Shown here piece after piece: positions 49,026-58,353 of a DNA stretch of 64,000 nt (positions within the stretch are counted from its first letter, which is position 1; every line of letters begins with the position of its first letter). Source of the stretch: a virus. Its lineage: Duplodnaviria > Caudoviricetes. The translations under genes were made by a program, and so were the position numbers. The notes beneath the pieces are model-generated. The model was not told where the DNA came from. It did no database searches and saw nothing but the letters and a program-made list of their open reading frames with translations. The stretch covers positions 32,001 to 96,000 of IMG/VR virus record IMGVR_UViG_3300031853_000007; one strand, given 5' to 3'.

Positions 49026-49895
49026 ATGGGTTTAAAATATAGAATTGGAGACACTGTTACCATTAATCCGAATTTAAAACGCGGATTTCCTTATCGTGCT
49101 GGTCTAACGTCTGAAATGACACACTTCGCAGGGGAAACTCATACTATCGTAGACATTTTTTGCGGGCATTATAAGCTTTATGGTAATGGGTGGTGTTGGT
49201 CTGAGGATATGCTTGAAGGTTACGACGGTTTTTTTGTCGGTAACTCCGTAATTCTTCCTGATGGAAGCGAAGGTGTAATAGCTAAGAAGATTAGTGACGA
49301 AGACTATATTATTAACGGAAGGGTATATTCAAGAGAAGACCTCAGGCGCATAGATGGTTTTGATTATACTTGTCCTACTTTTCGCCGGTATTGCGTTGGC
49401 GAATATGTAAAAATAGACATCAATATTGACAATGATATTTATGCATCAGTTGGCGTAACTGAAAATATTAGGCGTTGCAACAATAAAATAGGTCAAATAA
49501 TTGGTGTCATAAACGAGCAGGATGGCGGGATATACAAGATAGTTGTTCAAGGAGAACATATCATATGCAATAGTCTTATGCTTTCCCCCATCGAAATGCA
49601 GGAAATTAAAGTTGATGATAAAGTATACTGTGGTGGTGTAGCTACGGTCTTGTCGATAGAAGAGGATTGTTGCAAACTCTTATTAGATAATGGCATCACC
49701 ACGTCTGTATCAAAAACTTCGTTAGAGCGTTTAGACGAGAGAAACGTAACGCTTAAAAAAGATATATTCGGCATCGGAAATATTCATGATAAAATAGATG
49801 GCTTCTACTCAAACGTAAGCGGAAAGCTGTTTGTTTCGTCAAAACTACCATATGTACACGGCGTTTTGTTGTCGGGCGAATATACAGAAGATTAG
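49026..49895 (+). CDS. Multi-SH3/KOW-like repeat protein (paralog 4)
   Basis: Shares WS.DMLEGYDGFF.GN.VILPDG and DIFGIGN with paralog 3. Confidence 0.65.
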   Translation: MGLKYRIGDTVTINPNLKRGFPYRAGLTSEMTHFAGETHTIVDIFCGHYKLYGNGWCWSEDMLEGYDGFFVGNSVILPDGSEGVIAKKISDEDYIINGRVYSREDLRRIDGFDYTCPTFRRYCVGEYVKIDINIDNDIYASVGVTENIRRCNNKIGQIIGVINEQDGGIYKIVVQGEHIICNSLMLSPIEMQEIKVDDKVYCGGVATVLSIEEDCCKLLLDNGITTSVSKTSLERLDERNVTLKKDIFGIGNIHDKIDGFYSNVSGKLFVSSKLPYVHGVLLSGEYTED

Positions 49896-49914
49896 TTTTA
49901 GCGGAGGGATATTT

Positions 49915-50121
49915 ATGAAATGGTATAGTATCAACGGAGAGGGGTGGACAAAGTACGTCAGGGGAATTAAAGCTGTAAGACAGTTTTTAGCCGAACGAGG
50001 TTTGAAATTACCGAAAGGGTGTAGAATTCCCACAAATAGGTGCGATTGTACGTCAGAAGTTGTTTATTTTGTATACAATTTAGACAAGTTATATGTGACA
50101 GTAACACCTTGCCATCACTAA
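49915..50121 (+). CDS. Small hypothetical protein
   Basis: RBS GGAGG; start MKWYS. Confidence 0.55.
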   Translation: MKWYSINGEGWTKYVRGIKAVRQFLAERGLKLPKGCRIPTNRCDCTSEVVYFVYNLDKLYVTVTPCHH

Positions 50122-50165
50122 TCACAAGCTGACCTATCGGTATGACGGGGAGAAAGGATAAGACT

Positions 50166-50387
50166 ATGGAAACAATCAAGCTTTATATTCAATCATATGG
50201 AAATATGTGCAGGATTGTAGCAAGGGATTGTAGGACGTGCTATAAGAAATATAACACAGCCTGTATTAGTGATATGAAAACATTGCTTTATTCAATGCAC
50301 TTTATCAAATCAGATATAGAGAAACACTATGGCAACGACGTTTCTTTTGAGTACGTTGACATGACGTCGTATGACGAGAAAGGATGA
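50166..50387 (+). CDS. Small hypothetical protein
   Basis: RBS AAAGGA. Confidence 0.55.
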   Translation: METIKLYIQSYGNMCRIVARDCRTCYKKYNTACISDMKTLLYSMHFIKSDIEKHYGNDVSFEYVDMTSYDEKG

Positions 50388-50398
50388 AAAAATGAGTA

Positions 50399-50725
50399 AT
50401 GAGTGCAGATTATAATTTGTATATAAAGAAAGACTATCCCGAACCTGACGAGTGTATTTTTGGGATATTTGCAGACGCTTGTTTTGAAAAATGTATCATT
50501 AATTTACTCCTTCATAAGAGAATCCCGGAGCATGATTGTATACGTGATGAATGGGGTGATATTCGTCTTTGTAAAGTTTGCAAGCATGATTTTATAGCCG
50601 TTCGAGAACTTTTATTATACGATGATAATATAGACGAATTTGACCGAGAAATTGCATTGGAGCAATTAGACGAGATAATGGATAGTTGTTCTGATGAAGA
50701 TAGACTGATTTTGGAAATCTGTTAA
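50399..50725 (+). CDS. Acidic hypothetical protein
   Basis: ORF within the operon. Confidence 0.6.
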   Translation: MSADYNLYIKKDYPEPDECIFGIFADACFEKCIINLLLHKRIPEHDCIRDEWGDIRLCKVCKHDFIAVRELLLYDDNIDEFDREIALEQLDEIMDSCSDEDRLILEIC

Positions 50726-50738
50726 TAGGAGGTACTTT

Positions 50739-51575
50739 ATGGTAAAAAATAATAAAAGAGATAGTCTCGGCGACCGAATGAAAACTTACGAGGACGTGAC
50801 TCGCACACATTTAACACGCAGAACTCCTGTAATCATCAGACTGGATGGCTGTCATTTCCACACCTTTACACGAGGAATGGACAAGCCGTATGATGAAATA
50901 CTTTGTAAGAGTATGCAGGATACAATGAAGTATCTTTGTGAAAACATTCAGAACTGCGTACTTGGATATACTCAGTCCGACGAAATAACACTTGTATTGT
51001 GTGACTATAAAAAGATAAACACAGCCGCATGGTTTGATAATAATGTTAGAAAGATGTGTAGTGTATCGGCAAGTCTTGCGACGTTGGCATTCAATCAAAA
51101 GTTTGCCGAGAATGTGCAGGAAGCTCTGTATGATTGCTGTCTTGATCCTCTTAATGATAATTTCGGGGATGAGGTTTTGCCAGACCGTCAAGATGATTAT
51201 AACAGATACGTTAAATATGCGGACACCAAAATAAACAGGGCTACATTTGATTCTCGTGTATTTAATATTCCTAAAGAAGAAGTATGTAACTGCTTAATAT
51301 GGCGACAGAAAGATGCTATAAGAAATTCTATCCAAGGATTAGGTCAGAAACACTTTTCTCACAGACAGCTTGAAGGAAAGAGTTGTAGTCAAATTCAGGC
51401 TATGCTCTTTGCTGAAAAAGGAGTGGATTGGAACAATGTGACGACCAAATTTAAGTGTGGATCATGTTGTGTTAAGACTGATGACGGTTGGATAATTGAC
51501 AACGAGATTCCTATTTTTACACAGGATAGGAATTATATTGAGAGTAGAATAATATTTGAAGGGGATAACAAATGA
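50739..51575 (+). CDS. thg1: tRNA(His) guanylyltransferase Thg1-like protein
   Basis: RMKTYE, IIRLDGCHFHTFT, YTQSDEI, FDSR, WRQKDAIRNS. Confidence 0.92.
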   Translation: MVKNNKRDSLGDRMKTYEDVTRTHLTRRTPVIIRLDGCHFHTFTRGMDKPYDEILCKSMQDTMKYLCENIQNCVLGYTQSDEITLVLCDYKKINTAAWFDNNVRKMCSVSASLATLAFNQKFAENVQEALYDCCLDPLNDNFGDEVLPDRQDDYNRYVKYADTKINRATFDSRVFNIPKEEVCNCLIWRQKDAIRNSIQGLGQKHFSHRQLEGKSCSQIQAMLFAEKGVDWNNVTTKFKCGSCCVKTDDGWIIDNEIPIFTQDRNYIESRIIFEGDNK

Positions 51576-51949
51576 ACGATATAATTCTGCTATTGTCAAT
51601 GGTATTCTTGCATATAGTAGATGATTATTATTTGCAAGGTATACTGGCACAAATGAAACAGAAGCAGTGGTGGATAGATAATGCACCTAAAGAATTGTAC
51701 AAGCATGATTACATCATAGCTCTGATCGAACACGCATTTTCGTGGACATTTATGATTCATGTTCCTTTGTTTTGGGTGTATCATTCCAACATGAACATAT
51801 ACTTATTTGTAATCCTGTTTGTGTCGAATTGGATTATTCACGCAGTAGTTGATAACGCTAAAGCAAATAAACTAATCATAAACCTATGTCAAGATCAGAT
51901 AATACACATCATACAGATAATTGTATTGTGGGTTTTCTATGTAAAATAA
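51572..51949 (+). CDS. DUF3307-like membrane protein
   Basis: HIVDDYYLQ, H, HAVVD..K, DQIIH. Confidence 0.75.
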   Translation: MNDIILLLSMVFLHIVDDYYLQGILAQMKQKQWWIDNAPKELYKHDYIIALIEHAFSWTFMIHVPLFWVYHSNMNIYLFVILFVSNWIIHAVVDNAKANKLIINLCQDQIIHIIQIIVLWVFYVK

Positions 51950-51962
51950 GGGAGGACTAATT

Positions 51963-52304
51963 ATGAATACCATCGAACAGCTTGAAGAAAGAATCGCACA
52001 GCTTACAGAACTTGTAAAGACTGGTAGTGAAGCAATAAAGAATATGGAAACTGCACTGAAAGCAGCAGAGGAAGAAAGGGACAGGCTTGCGGATCAGCGG
52101 AGAGAACAGGAACCGAAGTTTGAGAGGGTTTATAGTTTTGAAAACTATTATTCTCTATATTTTGATGGTGCGGCTAGGGTTTATGAAGACAGAGATAAGG
52201 GTCAAGATTGCTTTGACGATACAAACAATTTTGAACAGAATAATTACTTCAAAACTGTGCAACGTGCCAAAGAAGTTGCCGATAAAATTAACCTTTTATG
52301 GTGA
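51963..52304 (+). CDS. Hypothetical coiled-coil protein, possibly truncated
   Basis: RBS GGAGG; ends abruptly where another frame becomes protein-like. Confidence 0.55.
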   Translation: MNTIEQLEERIAQLTELVKTGSEAIKNMETALKAAEEERDRLADQRREQEPKFERVYSFENYYSLYFDGAARVYEDRDKGQDCFDDTNNFEQNNYFKTVQRAKEVADKINLLW

Positions 52305-52527
52305 GGAGACAGTTGCAAAGGATTGTGAAGCTCTGGACAAAGCAATATCCGCAGTGAAAAAAACTATTCCCCAGAAAGTAAAGCGTGACCCATTTGGTGT
52401 AGAATGTCCTAATTGTGGAAGTCGTATAGTATTACCAAGCACTTATACCTTTGATGGAAAAAAGATTGGTATACGTTGCGATTATTGTTATAGTTGCGGA
52501 CAGGCTTTAGATTGGAGTGAAGAATAA
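52300..52527 (+). pseudogene. Start-less zinc-ribbon gene fragment
   Basis: EALDKAISAVKKTIPQKV...CPNCG...CYSCGQALDWS with no credible start or RBS. Confidence 0.45.
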
Positions 52528-52907
52528 TGAAACCAATTCAAGGTGAAACGTTCACAACAGTCGATAATACTAGCAATATAGTGAGAGTAATGGAAGTCAA
52601 GGAAGCTGTTCGGCGCATAAGAGAACACAACAGGATTCATTATGCCGCAGAAAGAAACGCTCTGATTATCACAGAGATACTTGAAAGTTGTGCCAGATTA
52701 CTTGAAGATATAGATGCTGGAAAGGTGAAGTATGTAGAATACGGAGAATGGAAAATCAATTGTGACGGGTATTACCCCTATTGTTCTAATTGTATGAGTG
52801 AACCGCCGGGGAGAGTAATGACCGATTTTTGTCCCACATGCGGAGCAGATATGAGAGGTAAGGGAGTGAAAAGGAATGAAGATAGTTCTCAACCAATCGG
52901 AAATTGA
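52527..52907 (+). CDS. Hypothetical protein with zinc ribbon
   Basis: GEW...CSNC...FCPTCGADMR. Confidence 0.7.
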   Translation: MKPIQGETFTTVDNTSNIVRVMEVKEAVRRIREHNRIHYAAERNALIITEILESCARLLEDIDAGKVKYVEYGEWKINCDGYYPYCSNCMSEPPGRVMTDFCPTCGADMRGKGVKRNEDSSQPIGN

Positions 52908-53013
52908 TAGTATAGTGGAATATATAAGGGTAAGACAACGCAATCCATGTTTGGGCTGTCGTGACATACACGTATGTTGCGGCTGTCCTAAACAGCAAGA
53001 GTATGCCAGTGCA

Positions 53014-53245
53014 GTCAACCACCCCGACCTACGGCTAATGCCTTAGAGGTCGGAGCTTGTAAAAGCTCTGATTGACTACTCTAAGTTCTTTAAGAACTAC
53101 GTTATTTGTGTTATCACACCTGCGGATGATTCCCAAGTCTGCAGCAACTGTGGAGGCTCTGTAAACAGTTCTGATGGGCAGGAACAGTCAACCTCAAGTG
53201 ACCGATTACGGCAAGCACTTATAACATTGAGGAAGGGAAACAAAC
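53014..53245 (+). ncRNA. omegaRNA scaffold of IscB
   Basis: GTCAAC...TTGACTA, CTACGTT, CCCAAGTC, TAAACAG, AACATTGAGGAAGGG pattern upstream of iscB; 3' end approximate. Confidence 0.8.
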
Positions 53246-53295
53246 TTTCATAAGAAAGGGATACCACTCGTGAGTAGGTATCAAAGGTAGCAACT

Positions 53296-54579
53296 ATGCA
53301 ACAGGGGAACAGAGTATTTGTACTCAATATGCGAGGTGAACCACTAATGCCTTGTAGTCAAAGAAAAGCCCGAATACTTCTAAAAGAAGGCAAGGCTATA
53401 ATCAATAAATACAATCCTTTCACCATTCAACTAACTTATGCTACGGGTGAAACTAAGCAGGATTGTCATATTGGTGTAGATACAGGGGCTAAACATATTG
53501 GTATTGCTGTTACATCAGAGAATAAAATTCTCTATAAGGCAGAAATAGAATTAAGACAGGATGTTAGTTCCAACCTTGATTCTAAACGCATTTATCGTAG
53601 AAGTCGCAGAAATCGCAAATGTAGGTATCGTAAGCCACGTTTTCTAAATCGTAAACGTACAGATAAATGGCTTCCGCCAAGTTTACAGAACAGAATTAAC
53701 CATACTTTTACATGGATAAATAAGTTTTCTGCATTAGTACCAAACCCCATATTGCATATAGAGGTTGGTAAATTTGATACGGCAAAAATGATAAATCCTG
53801 ACATTAACGGTGTAGATTATCAATATGGTCAGACATATGGCTTCTTCGATGAAAGATATTTTGTCTTTGCGAGAGATAATTATACTTGTCAGGTGTGCGG
53901 TAAGTCTAAAGACAAGATTTTTCAAACGCATCACATAATCTATCGTAGTAACGGTGGTACTAACAGAGTAGATAATCTTATTACAGTATGTACGGATTGT
54001 CATACATCTGCAAACCATAAAAAAGGCGGTATCCTTTACAAATGGCAGGCAGAGCATAAAAAAGTAAAGCAGTACAAAGAGCCACTATTTATGAATACAC
54101 TTCGCAAATGGATTTTCGCTAAATATCCTAATGCAGTTATCACTTATGGTTCAGAAACAACACCGAAACGAAAGGATATTGGTTTAGAGAAAACTCATTA
54201 TAATGATGCTATTGTCATAAGCGGTATCAAAACTATAAAAGAAAATCCCAATGAGTGGTTGCTGATAAGGCAATTTCGTAAGAAAAAGCGTTCTTTGCAC
54301 GAAGCAATAGCCCGTAAAGGACGCAAAGAACCAAATCGTACACAGAAACGAAATAGTAAAAACACACCGTTTTATAAAGGATTTTGGCTTAATGACAAGG
54401 TTTCTGTATTAGGACAGTTTGGTTACATTACTGGATTTACTTCTGGCGGTGCTTATATCAAAAACTCAGATGATGAATATATCACACTACCAAGTAAATC
54501 TTATAAACAAGTCGGTGTTGCTAATTTGAGACTGGTTTCTCATAATAACAATTGGCAATATATAAGAAACGCCGTGTAA
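53296..54579 (+). CDS. iscB: IscB RNA-guided endonuclease
   Basis: PLMP domain, RuvC-I GVDTG, Arg-rich bridge helix, RuvC-II EVGKFD, HNH (CQVC..HHI..N.ITVCTDCH), RuvC-III HYNDA. Confidence 0.95.
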   Translation: MQQGNRVFVLNMRGEPLMPCSQRKARILLKEGKAIINKYNPFTIQLTYATGETKQDCHIGVDTGAKHIGIAVTSENKILYKAEIELRQDVSSNLDSKRIYRRSRRNRKCRYRKPRFLNRKRTDKWLPPSLQNRINHTFTWINKFSALVPNPILHIEVGKFDTAKMINPDINGVDYQYGQTYGFFDERYFVFARDNYTCQVCGKSKDKIFQTHHIIYRSNGGTNRVDNLITVCTDCHTSANHKKGGILYKWQAEHKKVKQYKEPLFMNTLRKWIFAKYPNAVITYGSETTPKRKDIGLEKTHYNDAIVISGIKTIKENPNEWLLIRQFRKKKRSLHEAIARKGRKEPNRTQKRNSKNTPFYKGFWLNDKVSVLGQFGYITGFTSGGAYIKNSDDEYITLPSKSYKQVGVANLRLVSHNNNWQYIRNAV

Positions 54580-54943
54580 AACGCAATTCATCCCACCGCC
54601 TACGCTTCGCTTAGAGGTGGGGGACTTCTTGCTCACGGCTCATTTAAAGAAATCAGAACCATCAAATCGGGAGTTGCTAGATATTAAGACTTTAGTATCG
54701 TATGCAGAAACCATTGTTGCTATGGAAAATATTCCGAGTCAAATAAATAAACTAAAAAGAGAGTATGAAGAACTTAATAAAAAATCTGTGGAACTTAAAA
54801 GTTTATTCGTTATCGAAACCAGTATCGAGGAGGAATGATGCTAATGCGTGACCCAAGTGGAAGATGATACGTTGAAAGAAGCGTTGAAAATGAATTTGCA
54901 GATAACGAGCTGAGTGGATTTTTCTTTTCAAAGGAGGATAAAG

Positions 54944-55840
54944 ATGAGCGAGTGGAAGATATATAATAACGGAAATTATAGGGTTGGAATTGATTTGGCT
55001 AATGGAACTAAGATAAGAGAAACCGAGGACGATGTGTTTATCTCAGAGTTTCCCGAGAACATAGACATTAAGATAACCAATCAGTGTGATATGGGCTGCC
55101 CCATGTGTCATGAGAATAGCTACCCCGAAGGCAAACACGGCAACATAATGAAGGCGAAGTTTATTGATACGCTTAGACCTTACACAGAGATTGCAGTCGG
55201 CGGCGGCGATGCACTATCTCATCCAGACCTTATTCCATTCCTTAAAAAGCTGAGGAGTCGAGACATTATCCCGAACCTAACAGTTAATCAGGTTCACTTT
55301 ATGAAGAACAAGGAGCTTCTGAAATCACTTGTAGACCGTCGGCTTATCTTTGGACTCGGAGTTTCTCTTTATAATGCAACAGCGGAGTTCATAGATTCGA
55401 TAAAGGAATTTGACAATGCGGTGATTCATGTAATCAATGGTATCGTAACACCGGGTCAGATGGAAGCTCTTGCAGATAACGACCTTAAAGTTCTGATTCT
55501 TGGGTATAAAGATTTCAGGCGCGGGGAATCATATAAGAAATCGGCGCAGGGTTATATCGAAGTCAATCAGTTAAATCTCAAGATGTATCTGAAAGACTAC
55601 GTGCCTCGATTCAAAGCGTTAAGTTTCGATAACCTTGCTATCGAACAGCTCGATGTAAAGAGTCTTATGACGCAGGAACAGTGGGATGAGTTCTACATGG
55701 GAGACGATGGACAGTTCACTATGTATATTGATATGGTAACTGAGACGTTTGCTAAGAATTCGGTGGCAGCACTCACCAAGAGATACAAGATGCTTAACAA
55801 TATAGACGATATGTTTAAAAGAATTAAGGAGGAATCGTAA
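54944..55840 (+). CDS. Radical SAM protein
   Basis: CDMGCPMC (CxxxCxxC), GGGD; RBS AAAGGAGG. Confidence 0.9.
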   Translation: MSEWKIYNNGNYRVGIDLANGTKIRETEDDVFISEFPENIDIKITNQCDMGCPMCHENSYPEGKHGNIMKAKFIDTLRPYTEIAVGGGDALSHPDLIPFLKKLRSRDIIPNLTVNQVHFMKNKELLKSLVDRRLIFGLGVSLYNATAEFIDSIKEFDNAVIHVINGIVTPGQMEALADNDLKVLILGYKDFRRGESYKKSAQGYIEVNQLNLKMYLKDYVPRFKALSFDNLAIEQLDVKSLMTQEQWDEFYMGDDGQFTMYIDMVTETFAKNSVAALTKRYKMLNNIDDMFKRIKEES

Positions 55841-56463
55841 TGAAGAGAGTAGTTCGCAGAGGTGTATTCGAGACTAATTCATCCTCGATGCACAGTATTG
55901 TGGTGACAAACAATAACATTAATAATGTATCTATGGAAGATTATTTCTATGTATGGAAGTCTCCGTGTAACGATAAGATTAGTTTCTGGCACAGTGATAT
56001 AGAATTTGGTCGCTCTCCATTCGATGTCCTCAGCACGGCGTATGATAAAATAAAATATGCTTATGCTTCATTATTCGGGTATGAGGCAGAGGAACACGTA
56101 GATGATAATGGCGAACCCGATGATGAGTTAAAGGAGCGTATGCGGTCATTCGATTCCGTTGTTGCTTCGGTATTTGAAGGCTGTACCGGTGTTGATTATC
56201 CAGAAGACCTAAGAGACGCAGAATGGGGATATATTGACCACGAGAGTTGTAATCTTCTTAGGCGGTTCTTAAACAAGAAAGATGTTTCTCTTGAAGAGTT
56301 TATCCGTAACCCGAAGTATATCGTCGTTGTAGATGGCGACGAATATCAAGTATTTAAATCAATGAAAGAAGCAAATCTAATTAACGAGAGCAATATAGCT
56401 ATGGAGATGTGTAATGATGATTACGGTTACAAGTTCACACACGAAGAAGATAAGGAACTATGA
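55840..56463 (+). CDS. Hypothetical protein with RRGVFETNSSSxHS N-terminal motif
   Basis: Coupled to the radical SAM gene; paralog at 61544. Confidence 0.7.
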   Translation: MKRVVRRGVFETNSSSMHSIVVTNNNINNVSMEDYFYVWKSPCNDKISFWHSDIEFGRSPFDVLSTAYDKIKYAYASLFGYEAEEHVDDNGEPDDELKERMRSFDSVVASVFEGCTGVDYPEDLRDAEWGYIDHESCNLLRRFLNKKDVSLEEFIRNPKYIVVVDGDEYQVFKSMKEANLINESNIAMEMCNDDYGYKFTHEEDKEL

Positions 56464-56526
56464 CGAAAGGATGATGTGACGAGTTTTACGAAGACGGAAC
56501 GGTAACTGAGACATACGAAAGGTGAG

Positions 56527-56754
56527 ATGTACATGATAGACACAACAAATTGTACCCCTGAAATGAAGCCCATAATTGAGTCATTCAATGAGACGCTCGC
56601 AAGGCTTGATGCTATCGAGGAGATACTTAATACTCCGGGGATATCACGAGAGGAAGCAAATAGACGAGTGGCGGAACTCGGTTTCGATTATGACGACGAT
56701 GATGATTGCGATGAAGATGATTACGATGATGAAGATGAAGAATACGACTATTAA
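56527..56754 (+). CDS. Small protein with very acidic tail
   Basis: RBS AAGGTGAG; poly-D/E C-terminus. Confidence 0.6.
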   Translation: MYMIDTTNCTPEMKPIIESFNETLARLDAIEEILNTPGISREEANRRVAELGFDYDDDDDCDEDDYDDEDEEYDY

Positions 56755-56757
56755 TTA

Positions 56758-56877
56758 GAATGTGAACTTCGGTTTATAATGATATACGAAAAAGTGAACT
56801 TCGTTTTGTTCAATACGTAGAAGTTATTCTTGAATGTGAACTTCGGGGTTGACAAGTTCTAATTTATGATGTATCAT
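56758..56877 (+). promoter_or_regulatory. Promoter with three upstream direct repeats (GTGAACTTCG)
   Basis: Repeats at ~56762, 56794 and 56836; TTGACA (56849)-17 bp-TATCAT. Confidence 0.65.
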
Positions 56878-57034
56878 GTAGTCAGTCAAAAATAATCGCA
56901 AAAAGTTAACGTTTTTTCATTCCTCGTGAAACCGAGAGGTAGCTAAAACGTAGAGATTTCCACTGTTTGAGACGAGCGGTAACTCGATGATAAGGGAACC
57001 CTCGTCCAAAAGTGGAACATTTAAGGGGGTTTGT

Positions 57035-57406
57035 ATGTTTGGATTAATAGGATTCATTTTAACAGTAAGTGCGGGAGCTGCTTGGCGAGCTAACGATAAG
57101 GCGAGCAGAGCTAAATACCGAAGAGAATGGCATGAAACATACGATGGTACAGATTTAGAAAAACAGTATCATTACTTTGGTATGTTTGCTGGTGGGTTAG
57201 ACCCGCAAGGTAACAAAATTAAAGAAGCTCATAAGTATCAACCTGAAATAAATAGATTAACTAAGTTACAGTTAGAAAAAGAGGGGATACGATATTACGA
57301 TAAGAACTCGTGGAACATTAGTAAATGCACATTTAATGAGAACAACGAACTGCTGACAGTTGGCGGTAAGAAGTTTGATAGGAGATTAGGACGTACATTA
57401 TATTAG
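57035..57406 (+). CDS. Hypothetical protein with N-terminal hydrophobic helix
   Basis: Start re-placed at MFGLIG (RBS AAGGGGG). Confidence 0.6.
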   Translation: MFGLIGFILTVSAGAAWRANDKASRAKYRREWHETYDGTDLEKQYHYFGMFAGGLDPQGNKIKEAHKYQPEINRLTKLQLEKEGIRYYDKNSWNISKCTFNENNELLTVGGKKFDRRLGRTLY

Positions 57407-57437
57407 AAAGATGGCTGACAAAAGAAAGGGTGATTAA

Positions 57438-57854
57438 ATGAAACTTATTGGCAGTAATTATACAGCTAATGACATATCATTTGGTTCGGTAACGAACGGA
57501 GAAGACTTTCTGTTAGCAACCCTTGATTGGCGTGATTTCGACTTCAAGATACAATACGAAATATGTGATAAGATTGGTTACGGCGAATATGCAGACGAGC
57601 TTTCGGGAGACGACATCAGTATTTCTTTAGTCGTACCCAGAGTTGGCGGTGTGCTTGATTTTGACCATTGCTATTTACATATTTTAACAATCGGGATAGT
57701 TGCAATCGAGGATGTAACAAAATTAGTTAAGAGTCAGATTAATGTGGATATAAATGCTGATACTTCTTTAATAGAGGTTAAGCTGAATCCATACGAAAGA
57801 ATTGATTTGCTTAACGGAATTATTGAGCCTACGGATTTGAGAAAGGTGGTTTGA
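57438..57854 (+). CDS. Acidic hypothetical protein upstream of MazF
   Basis: RBS AAAGGGTG; abuts mazF. Confidence 0.65.
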   Translation: MKLIGSNYTANDISFGSVTNGEDFLLATLDWRDFDFKIQYEICDKIGYGEYADELSGDDISISLVVPRVGGVLDFDHCYLHILTIGIVAIEDVTKLVKSQINVDINADTSLIEVKLNPYERIDLLNGIIEPTDLRKVV

Positions 57855-58274
57855 ATGTGTGACAATGGAGCCTATAGAATGGGTGATATTGTGTTGGTTG
57901 ACATACCTAATAACATCGGACACCAACAGGGCGGTATAAGACCCGCAGTGGTTGTCTCAAATAATATCGGAAATTCTGTTAGCCCTACTATTAAGGTTCT
58001 ACCAATCACTACAAAAAGAACAATAAGTAAACAACCTACCCACGTTCATTTTAAGAAAGGTACTGTTGTGGGGTTAATAAAAGATTCAACCGTTGAAGCT
58101 GAGTCAACTTGGGTTATAAACAAGTGGCAAATTAAAAAGCGACTCGGGCGGTTCAGTGATGAACAGCTTGATAAGATTGCTTACGCTATGGTGTTTGCTG
58201 ATCCTTTGGTGGTGAGAGCTTTCGACAAAGGTATAAGAGCCGACACGGAATTTGTAAAATTATACGTAAGATGA
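57855..58274 (+). CDS. MazF/PemK-family endoribonuclease
   Basis: GDIVLV, GHQQGGIRPAVVVSNNIGN, VLPITT, PTHV. Confidence 0.88.
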   Translation: MCDNGAYRMGDIVLVDIPNNIGHQQGGIRPAVVVSNNIGNSVSPTIKVLPITTKRTISKQPTHVHFKKGTVVGLIKDSTVEAESTWVINKWQIKKRLGRFSDEQLDKIAYAMVFADPLVVRAFDKGIRADTEFVKLYVR

Positions 58275-58277
58275 GTA

Positions 58278-58306
58278 TTGACGTTGTGGTAAAAAAATGT
58301 TATAAT
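58278..58306 (+). promoter_or_regulatory. Sigma-A promoter
   Basis: TTGACG-17 bp-TATAAT with TG extension. Confidence 0.75.
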
Positions 58307-58353
58307 GAAACTATCTTGATTGTTAAGATGTACTTTTGAAAGGTGGTTTGATT

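Larger units (their letters stand above)
53014..54643 (+). mobile_element. Non-autonomous IS200/IS605-superfamily IscB (OMEGA) element
   Basis: Left end GTCAACCACCCC; related subterminal hairpins at both ends (CCTACG...CTTAGAGGT); no tnpA; no target duplication; boundary uncertain by about 1 nt. Confidence 0.88.
52876..54838 (+). pseudogene. ~110-aa Cys-rich gene split by the IscB element
   Basis: 52876-53013 (MKIVLNQ...EYASA) and 54644-54838 (LKKSEP...IEEE) join in frame when the element is removed. Confidence 0.75.

Noticed and set aside
52260-52310. Programmed frameshift joining 51963-52304 to the downstream zinc-ribbon frame
   Set aside because: No clear slippery heptamer or stimulatory structure; a deletion fusing two gene remnants is more likely.
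53014-54643. IscB element as an IStron
   Set aside because: No group I P7/R/S elements in it; the leader matches an omegaRNA scaffold.
56758-56846. LexA/SOS boxes
   Set aside because: GAAC half-sites are direct repeats; no GAAC-N4-GTTC.
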